Shown one piece after another: positions 19,068 through 28,186 of a stretch of 64,000 nt of DNA (positions are counted from its first letter, which is position 1; each line of letters starts with the position of its first letter). The DNA is taken from positions 1-64,000 of IMG/VR virus record IMGVR_UViG_3300027917_002335; one strand, given 5' to 3'. The stretch is from a virus. The position numbers and the translations under genes are program-made. Under the pieces are notes generated by a model. That model searched no databases. It had not been told where the DNA came from and was given only the letters and a program-made list of their open reading frames with translations.

Positions 19068-19969
19068 TTTAATATACCTCCTATAAATTTTGTTATATAA
19101 GCCTCTTCAACAAAATTACCCATTATTTTCTTATTCTGATAGAAATCTGTAAGACCATCAAAATCCTTTTTCATATCTATATAACTTCTAAGAATGTTAA
19201 GCTCTTTAAAGGGAACTTCATTTCCATTGTGTTTATAGTGTTTTGCTAAGTCAAACAACATATCTCCTTCTTCAAACGCTTGTTTAGTCACATATAATTT
19301 GAAATCTCTTGATACGAATATTGTCTTCCCTTTTCTTCTATAATACATCATTGGTTGCTTATTCTTTTTATTCTTCTTATCCATAGAACTTATTTTCCAT
19401 ATATTTAACTGGCGCAACCAAAATTCTAATTTGTGTAATTCTTCAATTGTCATTTTATCAAAGGATTCATAATCAAAATTTATTTTAAAGAATCTATAAC
19501 CAAGTTTCATATAGATTTCTATAATCTTTATAACTGACTCTTCAAAGTTGTCGTAATTAATATTGGTTTCAATCCATAAAGGATTAGACCGTGTCCAAGA
19601 TAAGAATGATTCTATAATGTGTAAATCAAATCTGTTTATTTCTATGTCGTCTGTTGTTGTTATACTAAACCTTTTATTTTTTATTGGTTTGCTTCTATCA
19701 AAAAATGTTTCTAATAAATCTGGCTTAATAAGCAAATTAAAATTTGTCATTTCACACATATAATTTTCTGCAGCCAATTTTACAAATACATCTATTTCTT
19801 CAAAAGTTTTAACAGGAAGATTAATTATAACTTGTTTCGTTAGAGTTATTGTGTCTTTCTTTAAACATTCTGTAAATGTTTTGAAGTTTTCGAATTCTAT
19901 TTCTTTAAAGGCGTTTAGTATATCTTTAGAATTAAATAAATCCTTAATAAAAAGTTGTCTTTCTATCAT
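19064..19969 (-). CDS. Degenerate rSAM-fold-like partner protein (no CxxxCxxC)
   Basis: NINYDNFEES..IYMKLGYRFFKINFD and TIFVSRDFKLY echo rSAM/SPASM segments without the Cys ligands; coupled to the rSAM gene. Confidence 0.4.
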   Translation of the reverse strand: MIERQLFIKDLFNSKDILNAFKEIEFENFKTFTECLKKDTITLTKQVIINLPVKTFEEIDVFVKLAAENYMCEMTNFNLLIKPDLLETFFDRSKPIKNKRFSITTTDDIEINRFDLHIIESFLSWTRSNPLWIETNINYDNFEESVIKIIEIYMKLGYRFFKINFDYESFDKMTIEELHKLEFWLRQLNIWKISSMDKKNKKNKQPMMYYRRKGKTIFVSRDFKLYVTKQAFEEGDMLFDLAKHYKHNGNEVPFKELNILRSYIDMKKDFDGLTDFYQNKKIMGNFVEEAYITKFIGGILK

Positions 19970-21141
19970 AATACTTTAACCCAATGTCTATCGTTAACCC
20001 AAACACCTCGGGTTTTAATTTTTGTTTCTTTAAACATATATTTAGCAATTGCTTTTTGCATAATAATCTCTTCTTTTGTTGCTTTAGTTAACCATCCTTT
20101 TTCATTTGGAACTAATAAGTCTCCTGCTTCATATACTTCGTCAACATGAGCTAATAAGAAACCACCAATTGAAATTGGAACGGCTCTTTGTTTAGAACCA
20201 ACAGCATGTCCATAAGTATCAGAACAAATACCAATACAAGCCTTGTCAGCTCTTTTACTAGTTATCCTCAATCCTTTCTTATTAAGAGAATAACAATATC
20301 CTGGTAATTTTGAAACACCTACTTCGGCTTTCCAATAATCTGCGTAGTCGTTATATACTGCGTTATAAACTCTGGTTGCATAGAAATAACCATCATAATT
20401 TAATCTTGTGGTGTTTGTTGGGTCAGTTGAACCAGCATATAAATATGCGCTAGTTTTAGTTGTTCCAGCAATTTTTAATATTCCACTTAAATCAAGTGTG
20501 CCTTCTGCCTCAACAGCACTTACTGCTTCTGAATCAGCATATCTTACATGATGAGCACTTGTTGGAGCATCACTTAAATTTGCGTGTGCTCTTGTTGCTA
20601 AATCAGCTAAACTTGAGCCTGTCTTATCTAAATCGCTCCAAGGTAAACTACCAAAATGAACACCTGAAGCAGTTGTTAAGGCGTGAGAAGATGGTGCAAA
20701 TTCAGATGGTTTATTTGCTAAGTCTCCCCAATTTAAATAACCTGCATTAAAATCATCACCATCTGCTTTCAACACAAGACCAGATGTATAAGCAATGTTA
20801 CCTACATCTGATAAATCTGTTAAAGAGCCAACAACTCCTCCTCCTCCACCATACAGAGAAAACCAAAGACCAGAAGCTTGATGCCATCCATAAATACCAG
20901 AAGCATCTATTCTTATTTTATTATGATTATATAATCCAATTTCTACTTTTTGAACACCGCCATTAGCTCCACCCAATCTCCAATATGGATCAAGAGTAGA
21001 AATATGACTTCCATAGTCTATTGTTTTCCAATTAGGATCAATATAATTACCAGAAGCATATCCACCTAAGAACAATCCAACCCATACCATTGGATTTGCT
21101 TCATTGAATCGGCTTCCGCCTTTAATATAAAATGTTGACAT
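19966..21141 (-). CDS. Tail fibre with C-terminal intramolecular chaperone (peptidase G2-like)
   Basis: LTDLSDV, WGDLANKPSEFAPSSH fibre motifs; YNDYADYW...IGICSD...VPISIGG...GDLLV. Confidence 0.75.
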   Translation of the reverse strand: MSTFYIKGGSRFNEANPMVWVGLFLGGYASGNYIDPNWKTIDYGSHISTLDPYWRLGGANGGVQKVEIGLYNHNKIRIDASGIYGWHQASGLWFSLYGGGGGVVGSLTDLSDVGNIAYTSGLVLKADGDDFNAGYLNWGDLANKPSEFAPSSHALTTASGVHFGSLPWSDLDKTGSSLADLATRAHANLSDAPTSAHHVRYADSEAVSAVEAEGTLDLSGILKIAGTTKTSAYLYAGSTDPTNTTRLNYDGYFYATRVYNAVYNDYADYWKAEVGVSKLPGYCYSLNKKGLRITSKRADKACIGICSDTYGHAVGSKQRAVPISIGGFLLAHVDEVYEAGDLLVPNEKGWLTKATKEEIIMQKAIAKYMFKETKIKTRGVWVNDRHWVKVL

Positions 21142-23028
21142 TTAATCCGCTTCCGTTTTTAATGTTCCTTCTAATGAATTTGTTGGTGGTGGTACTGTGA
21201 TACCTAAGTTTCCTATATTATGAGTGTGAATAAAGTGAGCTAGTTTCTTTCCTCCACCAGCAATATTTACAGCTCCAGCATTTGCTCCTATGTTAACTAT
21301 TCCGCCTGTATTTATGTTTATTGTTCCGTTTACTATTCCTCCAACCCCATCTCCAGTCTCTATATCAATTGTGGTTCCTGCTTTATTTGTCTTTATTTTT
21401 ATTGCGCTTTCAGCATATATTTCTACAAATCCTGCATCATTACGACAAATAAATTGATATCGTCCTGGACCATCACCTTGATCGTTAGTGCGAGGATCGA
21501 GAAAGAAACATCCTCCTTGTAAGAGATACATTCTTGAAATATTAGTTTGTAACATAAAATCTCCTCCAAGAAAATACATATGATTTACATCAGATAATCC
21601 TAAATGATCACATTTCTCATCTGGAGGAGTTATCTTTTGTTTATAAACTATTCCATGCTCAGATTCAATTATCCAATTCTTATTTTCTTGGTCAAAATAA
21701 ATATCTCCTTCTGGAAGTTTGAGTCTAAAATCTTTTGCATCTTTTATTGGTACTACAAATTCTTCCTTTCCGTTTCCAAATACAAAAGGACCTTGAACAG
21801 TGTTTTCTATTCTATCATCTGGCATTAACATTATAAAGTTTGCTGGATCATCAGGCACTGGGAATTGTATTCCTTCTCCACTACCAAGATATGGAGTTGT
21901 TCTATCAACTTTATATAAGACATAAGAAGGATCTGTTACATTTAGAACTCTTCTTCTTGGAACTTTTTTTGTTAATTCATTCCTGTCTTTTTCATAAGTT
22001 ATTCTTTCAATATATCGTTGATCATAATTTGTTTCATCGTCATCAAGATAATCTTCAACAACCGAACCTACTTTTATTTGTTTGAATAATTTCTTTCGAG
22101 AAAATCTTGTATATGCTTCAGAAATTTCTCTTTTTCCTTCTAAACTATCAAGATAAATATCTTTTGTTATTTTTTCTCCTATTGGTACAAAACAACCTAC
22201 TGTTTTATCACCATTTGCTCCGACTTCATGTCTAACCCAAACACATCGAAGTTCAGTCATATTTTGTCCTTCTCTGAATTGGTAATAATAAGGAACATCA
22301 AGTGGCATTCCATGTGAATAAATCTTAACAGTATGTGGAGTTTTTACAATTTTAATAACTTCTTTTGAGTCAATCATATCAGTTGCATTAAGTTCTTCAT
22401 AAGTCCATAATTCTGGACCAACAAATAAGATACCATTCTTAACTGTCCATTCTAAAGCATTTTCTTCTGTAACATAATCAATAAAATCATAAACTGTCCA
22501 ATCTTCTTCAAATGCAAAGTTTGGATACTCAAATAAAGTTGTTTTCTTTTCTTCTTCAAAATGTTCTTGAAAAACTACTGGTAATAAACCACTTTTTTGT
22601 AAAACTTCATATAATAATGTTTTTATATTCCTTGTTTCATCATAAGGAAGAGCATAAGTTTGTGACATATATACTGCTGTTCTTAATAAAGCATATTCTT
22701 CTTGAACAGCAAACAAAACTTTTCTTGAAGAATTGTAATCATCATAAACTGTTACAACTCTATATTGATCTTGATGATATATTTCGTCTTTATCACCAAC
22801 AAGATATAATCTTAAATCTAAAGAATATTTTGAGAAATCATAACTTTCCATATCTTGATGAACATACCAAAGCATGAAGTCTGGTATTCCATACATACCG
22901 CTAAATACTACTATATCGTCGTGATATCTACCGTCAGCATTATCAAAGCTACCAACAAATGTTAGACTTTCATCATCTGTATCAAATGGAGAATAAAATC
23001 TTATTGCCCATCTCGCTAGTTGTGGCAT
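21142..23028 (-). CDS. Fused baseplate hub and central spike (gp27/gp5, VgrG-like)
   Basis: Hub-like N-terminal half, beta-helical C-terminal half, terminal HxH (HFIHTH) metal-binding tip. Confidence 0.7.
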   Translation of the reverse strand: MPQLARWAIRFYSPFDTDDESLTFVGSFDNADGRYHDDIVVFSGMYGIPDFMLWYVHQDMESYDFSKYSLDLRLYLVGDKDEIYHQDQYRVVTVYDDYNSSRKVLFAVQEEYALLRTAVYMSQTYALPYDETRNIKTLLYEVLQKSGLLPVVFQEHFEEEKKTTLFEYPNFAFEEDWTVYDFIDYVTEENALEWTVKNGILFVGPELWTYEELNATDMIDSKEVIKIVKTPHTVKIYSHGMPLDVPYYYQFREGQNMTELRCVWVRHEVGANGDKTVGCFVPIGEKITKDIYLDSLEGKREISEAYTRFSRKKLFKQIKVGSVVEDYLDDDETNYDQRYIERITYEKDRNELTKKVPRRRVLNVTDPSYVLYKVDRTTPYLGSGEGIQFPVPDDPANFIMLMPDDRIENTVQGPFVFGNGKEEFVVPIKDAKDFRLKLPEGDIYFDQENKNWIIESEHGIVYKQKITPPDEKCDHLGLSDVNHMYFLGGDFMLQTNISRMYLLQGGCFFLDPRTNDQGDGPGRYQFICRNDAGFVEIYAESAIKIKTNKAGTTIDIETGDGVGGIVNGTININTGGIVNIGANAGAVNIAGGGKKLAHFIHTHNIGNLGITVPPPTNSLEGTLKTEAD

Positions 23029-24069
23029 TTAAAAATATTCACCTTCTATATCTTGTTTCATTTCTATATTGTTTGTTCCAACACCAGCAATATTATTCAT
23101 AAACTTGTTGCTTATTGCACCAACATATTTTCCTACATCAAATATATTAATCATAAATGATGGGAATAATTCCACTGCCGCTTTTATCATTGAGTTGTAT
23201 AATGGATGATTCTCTTCCTTTTGTCTATAAACAATTTTGGTTTTTGCCTTATCTCCTCTTGTAGGAAAAACCATTTTCTTAAATTCATATTTAGGTTCTG
23301 GATCATATTTTCTAAAGAATATTGTATATTCTATTTGTTTCATTCCAGTTCTATCAACTGATTGTCTCCATGAATAAGTTTCAATATACATTGATAAATA
23401 TATACGATGTTTTGTAATAACAGGAAATGTTAAATGTCTATCATGGTAACCAGTACCAATATTTTTTAAGTCAAATTCTTCCCATGCTTGATTATTTGCT
23501 TCAACCCTTCTTGCTACATCCACAATAGCTTGAGTTCCATCTGGTCTTGTAACAACAACTCTATTCTTATTAACTGGTAGATTTACAAGTTGAGAAAAAT
23601 CTGTATAATAATGAAATGGAGGAGAAGTTTTCGCTGCTTCAGATTGTAATTTTAATAAATCAATCCTAGTACTTGAACCATACAAAAATAATAAATCAAG
23701 CATATTAAGAAAGATAAATCTATTTGGACCATATGCTTTTCCAACTATTCTTAATGATTCATTTCCTCCGTCTTGGTGTGCTAAAAATATACCTCCATTA
23801 GCTCTATATCTCACATCCCTATCTGAAATGCCGTGACTTAGTTCTTCTATTGTTCCTAAAGGTATTCCTCCTATTACAGCTGAAGGTTTAATACGATCTA
23901 AGTTTCCATAATAATATCTTGCTAAAGAGTAAGACATAGCTATACCATTTAACATTGATGCTTTTGAATCATAACCTAAGTAATCATTCATAACTTTACC
24001 TAGTATTACACCTCCGCCAACTCCACCAACCGAACCTAATGTAGTCAGAATAATATTTTGCATGCTCAT
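23029..24069 (-). CDS. Tail tube initiator/GpU-like protein (paralogue A)
   Basis: Lies between TMP and hub; shares motifs with 24066-25388. Confidence 0.5.
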   Translation of the reverse strand: MSMQNIILTTLGSVGGVGGGVILGKVMNDYLGYDSKASMLNGIAMSYSLARYYYGNLDRIKPSAVIGGIPLGTIEELSHGISDRDVRYRANGGIFLAHQDGGNESLRIVGKAYGPNRFIFLNMLDLLFLYGSSTRIDLLKLQSEAAKTSPPFHYYTDFSQLVNLPVNKNRVVVTRPDGTQAIVDVARRVEANNQAWEEFDLKNIGTGYHDRHLTFPVITKHRIYLSMYIETYSWRQSVDRTGMKQIEYTIFFRKYDPEPKYEFKKMVFPTRGDKAKTKIVYRQKEENHPLYNSMIKAAVELFPSFMINIFDVGKYVGAISNKFMNNIAGVGTNNIEMKQDIEGEYF

Positions 24070-25388
24070 ATTACCAAACCTCCTAATGCTAACATAAATG
24101 TCATACCGACATCTACTGCATCTACATCATAATAATTTTTAATTTTCCAATTCTTATTATCAATAAACCAAGTTTCTTGACCCATTCTAAACAATCTATA
24201 TGTGAAGTTTATTGCGTAATTTATAACTTCTTGAACTTTTGTTTCTTTCTTTAATCCATAATATGTTTTTTCAGCATTAGCTAAAAATTCAGTTGGTTCA
24301 GTATAAGTTCTTAACAATAAATCATATTCAATTGTGTCTTTTTTCCCTTTTAAAGTTTCTGAAAAAGAGAATGTTTCTATATAACAGTTTGGTATTATTT
24401 CATGTGTTAAAACAACTGGAAATGTTATATGTTTTTCAAACGCAGGAGCTTGAACTACCACATCATCCATTTTCTGCACACTCATTAATGGACCAGCAGT
24501 TTCTCTAAATACTTCAACATCTAATTTAGTTGAACCTAAATTGGTCACTATTGGAGAATCCCAATCAAACATTTGCATATATCTTTGAGTTAATAAAGAA
24601 AGTATCCATAAACAAGTTAACCATATATAGCGTCCTGGACCAGTTAATTTTCCACTTATCTTAATTGCGTCACTTCCTCCTGCTTGTTGGTGAGCTAAAA
24701 AGATACTTCCAATAGCTCTGAACTTTACAACTTTATTGGAGTGAGCAACTTCTATATTCTGTATTGAAGTAGGATGATCCGTACCCATAGAACCTAATGG
24801 TAAAAATCCAACAACACATTCATTTTCTGCACCTGCCACTAAAGCACCAGCCATTAGTATCATATCAAATCCTAACTTTAATTGCTCTAATGGTGTCATA
24901 GCTAATAGTTTAGCTTTTAATTCAGATCCAGTAGATACTACATTTTTTTTAAGAGTATCCCAATATTGTTTTATTCTTTCTTCTAATGCTTTTTTTGCGT
25001 TTGAAATAGGATTTGGAAACAATTGATCCCAAGTTAAACCAGTATCTTGTATTTCAACTGGATCTTTTCGTTCAATCCATTTATTAATTTCTACAATTGC
25101 ATTTGCATATTTTAATCTCTGTTTAAGAGCTAAGATTTGTGTTCTTGTAACCTTAAAATTAGGATCATTTTCTAATGCATTAAGAAGAGCTTTTAAAGTT
25201 CTGTATTTACTGGTTCTAACTTGACCAGTTCCATATTCATTATAAGTAACCCAATGAGGACCGCTGGCTTTTAGAATTTTTTCAATTAACCATTCTGAAA
25301 TTTCCATAGAATTTGAGACACTAAATCCCTGTCTTCGAAAACCAGCAAAAATTCCCATCCTAAATTGTAGTTCACTTATTGGCGCCAT
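24066..25388 (-). CDS. Tail tube initiator/GpU-like protein (paralogue B) with N-terminal helical extension
   Basis: RAIGSIFLAHQ, TFPVV, YIETFS, IEY motifs shared with paralogue A. Confidence 0.5.
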   Translation of the reverse strand: MAPISELQFRMGIFAGFRRQGFSVSNSMEISEWLIEKILKASGPHWVTYNEYGTGQVRTSKYRTLKALLNALENDPNFKVTRTQILALKQRLKYANAIVEINKWIERKDPVEIQDTGLTWDQLFPNPISNAKKALEERIKQYWDTLKKNVVSTGSELKAKLLAMTPLEQLKLGFDMILMAGALVAGAENECVVGFLPLGSMGTDHPTSIQNIEVAHSNKVVKFRAIGSIFLAHQQAGGSDAIKISGKLTGPGRYIWLTCLWILSLLTQRYMQMFDWDSPIVTNLGSTKLDVEVFRETAGPLMSVQKMDDVVVQAPAFEKHITFPVVLTHEIIPNCYIETFSFSETLKGKKDTIEYDLLLRTYTEPTEFLANAEKTYYGLKKETKVQEVINYAINFTYRLFRMGQETWFIDNKNWKIKNYYDVDAVDVGMTFMLALGGLVI

Positions 25389-26984
25389 TTATAACGGTTC
25401 CTCTCTTCTCTTCTTTTGTTTTTCTCTATCATCATCTAAAGTTCTTTGTGCTTCGTCACCTCTTGGATTAATATCATCCAGAGAATCTAAAGCTTCATCT
25501 AATTTATCATCTATACTTTGTAATTGTCTTTCAGCATCAGTTCCTTTAAATATTAAATTTGGTGAAATAGTTGTGCCTTCTCCTCTTAACATTCTTGCTC
25601 TTTCTTCTTTTTCGTATTTCTCCATTGCGTTATATAAATCAGTTGATAAATCTCTCTCCAATTCTTTTTCAGTTATTTCTTGCTCCAATTCTTCCATTGC
25701 TTCTGGATTATTGAGAGTATTTAATACTCTATAAAGTTCAGTAAATTCTTGGTCAAAGTAAGCATTAATTTCTCGTTTAAGTTGTTGAGCTATATTATCT
25801 TCCATATTTGGAAAATGTCTATCCAACATATCTTTTACTACTTTTTGCCATCTTTTCTCTTTGTTAAATTCATTAAATTCTCTTGTAAAAGTATTAAGAG
25901 TATCTTCCATGCTCCACAATCTTAAATCAGTTACTTCTACACTTTTAAAACTTTCTCTAACTTCTTTTCTAAATTCATCCCAAACAGAAAAAGTAACCGC
26001 TTGATGTGCAGCATTTTCAATTTCTCTAAGTCTATTATCTAATTCTTCCATTTCATCTTGTATCTTATTTTCAACAATACTAGTAAACATATCAAAATCA
26101 TCATCACTTAATTGTGGATTTATAATATCATAAGAAGGTTGTGTTATAATAGTTGGTACTCTTTCTCTCTCTTCTTTTAATATATCTTCAATATTCTTTT
26201 CACTATCTTCAATTTGCTTTATAACACGATAAAAATAATCTTGTAAATCTAATGGTATATTCTGTAAAAGCTGTCTTGTTTGTGAAGATATAAAATCTTT
26301 TAATTCATCAATATTTATATTAGCAGGTTCTTTAATTTTCTCTTCAATACTATCTAATATATCCTTTATTTCTGGTTCAAACCTTTCCTTGTTTTCTATT
26401 ATTTGTTCTAATAATTCTTTATTAGTACCAATCATTTCATCAAGTTTAGCTTTATCTAAAAAGTTCTTTATTGCTGTGATTTTCTTACCATAATCTATAA
26501 CTGTTTTTCTTAGAGTGGTTAATTTTCTTTCTATTCCAGCAAAGAGAGTTTCATCAACCTTAACTTTCTTAAGTTGGTCAATTATATAAGAAAGTTGATT
26601 CATTACATCCATTTTAATATAATTATCAACATCTTGAAGTTTATCTAAAAAGGCTAAGATTTGATCTCCAAATCCAGCATCAATTGCCATTACCACTCCA
26701 TCGGTAATAACTTGAATTGCTGTAATGAATTGTTCACTAATAAAATGTTCTAATGCTTCTCTCATTGATGGTATTAAACCATGTAATTCTCTGCAACAAT
26801 CCCTAATATTATCTAATCTTGTTAATAGTCCTCTCCAAGCTTGTTGAGAAAACCAACTTGGCATTGTAGCTTCTATTGTTCCACCTGAATCTTGTATGTC
26901 TCTTAGCATTCGATATAGATCCATAAGATTGGAACCTTGTTCAATCCTTACCGCTATTAGCAGTTCGTCTATTGGAGCGCTCAC
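25389..26984 (-). CDS. Tape measure protein (short, helical)
   Basis: IDELLIAVRI N-terminus, predicted all-helical, follows the chaperone. Confidence 0.6.
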   Translation of the reverse strand: MSAPIDELLIAVRIEQGSNLMDLYRMLRDIQDSGGTIEATMPSWFSQQAWRGLLTRLDNIRDCCRELHGLIPSMREALEHFISEQFITAIQVITDGVVMAIDAGFGDQILAFLDKLQDVDNYIKMDVMNQLSYIIDQLKKVKVDETLFAGIERKLTTLRKTVIDYGKKITAIKNFLDKAKLDEMIGTNKELLEQIIENKERFEPEIKDILDSIEEKIKEPANINIDELKDFISSQTRQLLQNIPLDLQDYFYRVIKQIEDSEKNIEDILKEERERVPTIITQPSYDIINPQLSDDDFDMFTSIVENKIQDEMEELDNRLREIENAAHQAVTFSVWDEFRKEVRESFKSVEVTDLRLWSMEDTLNTFTREFNEFNKEKRWQKVVKDMLDRHFPNMEDNIAQQLKREINAYFDQEFTELYRVLNTLNNPEAMEELEQEITEKELERDLSTDLYNAMEKYEKEERARMLRGEGTTISPNLIFKGTDAERQLQSIDDKLDEALDSLDDINPRGDEAQRTLDDDREKQKKRREEPL

Positions 26985-27594
26985 TTACTAAATCACCTAA
27001 TATATCACCAAGTTTCATTGTATCTCCTGTTTTAGAGATAGAACGACCTACTGGTTTTTTATCTTGTTGTTTATCTAATTTTGATAAAATAAGAAAATCT
27101 CTCTGAAGTTTGGTCAATTTTGAAAGTTCAGCCAAAGGAACATTTAAATTAAAGACAATAGTAGCAATATGTTTTCCTTCTTTATCTCTTATTATCTCTT
27201 CAATAATTTCTTTTGGTCGATAAGATGCATCATAAATTCGTCTTGCTATTTCGTGAACATGTTGCATTTTCTTAATATCTTCAATAGAAAAAGATTCGTC
27301 TTGGAAGTCTTTCATTCCATAGTAAACAACCCAATAATCAAGATGATTGAAATAATTCCCTAGTTCAGCAAGTAGATTGTTGTCGTATGCTATTTTTTGA
27401 CTTCCTTTAATTATATCCATTTTCAGTTTAAGAAAAATTTCAGCTGTTTGTTTGTCAGCACCTTTTAAGGCTTTAAAAAAACACTGATCTAGTTCATAAC
27501 TAGAAATAGGACGGAGAGGTATTTTCTCTCCATTATAATTAAAATATATTACCTCATTAATCCCATGTATAATGTGTTTGATCATTAAAAACAC
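26941..27594 (-). CDS. Tail assembly chaperone
   Basis: Lies between tube and TMP; IPLRPIS motif. Confidence 0.55.
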   Translation of the reverse strand: MFLMIKHIIHGINEVIYFNYNGEKIPLRPISSYELDQCFFKALKGADKQTAEIFLKLKMDIIKGSQKIAYDNNLLAELGNYFNHLDYWVVYYGMKDFQDESFSIEDIKKMQHVHEIARRIYDASYRPKEIIEEIIRDKEGKHIATIVFNLNVPLAELSKLTKLQRDFLILSKLDKQQDKKPVGRSISKTGDTMKLGDILGDLVSERSNRRTANSGKD

Positions 27595-28182
27595 TTAAGC
27601 TTTATATGGTATTGTGTCTAAATAATTTCCATCTCCTTCAAGCATGGTATCGAAGTTTGCTTCTAAGTCGTCAGATTCTTTTAATCTGCGTCTTAATGCC
27701 ATGCACTCAAATTCCCTAACGGGAAATTCTGCTACTGTATAGTTAGTTCTTTCGTTCGTAACCCTACAGCCTAGATATTCCTCATAACCGTCTATCCAAA
27801 TTCCTTTATGTGGATTGTCTTCTAAGTTAGCATCTATATCTGACGCTAAAACTAAAGACACATCAAAAGGTTGCTGTGTTGCTGAAAGTCTCCTTAACTT
27901 TTCAAATGACGCACCACTTTCTTTTGTAAAGATAGTCAGTCTTATATCAGGGACTCCGTGTTGGTATCCTTGATTGTATCGTTCTAAAGAATTAATTCTG
28001 GTTAATGGTCTTGAAATTGAAATGGAACCCCTATCAACTCCATAAATTTCAAAACTATCTTCATCAGCACCAGAAATAGGAGCAAAGAGTTCTGAAGGGT
28101 ATGTTACCGTCCAGATAAGTTTAACATCCCAAGTCTTAAAATTATCTGATAACAATGGATCAGATGATGGTTGTTCACTCAT
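27595..28182 (-). CDS. Tail tube protein
   Basis: Follows the sheath gene; size and beta-rich pattern fit. Confidence 0.65.
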   Translation of the reverse strand: MSEQPSSDPLLSDNFKTWDVKLIWTVTYPSELFAPISGADEDSFEIYGVDRGSISISRPLTRINSLERYNQGYQHGVPDIRLTIFTKESGASFEKLRRLSATQQPFDVSLVLASDIDANLEDNPHKGIWIDGYEEYLGCRVTNERTNYTVAEFPVREFECMALRRRLKESDDLEANFDTMLEGDGNYLDTIPYKA

Positions 28183-28186
28183 TTTT

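Noticed and set aside
6939-21141. Diversity-generating retroelement targeting the tail fibres
   Set aside because: No reverse transcriptase and no adenine-specific TR/VR pair noticed; fibre repeats are ordinary in-frame duplications
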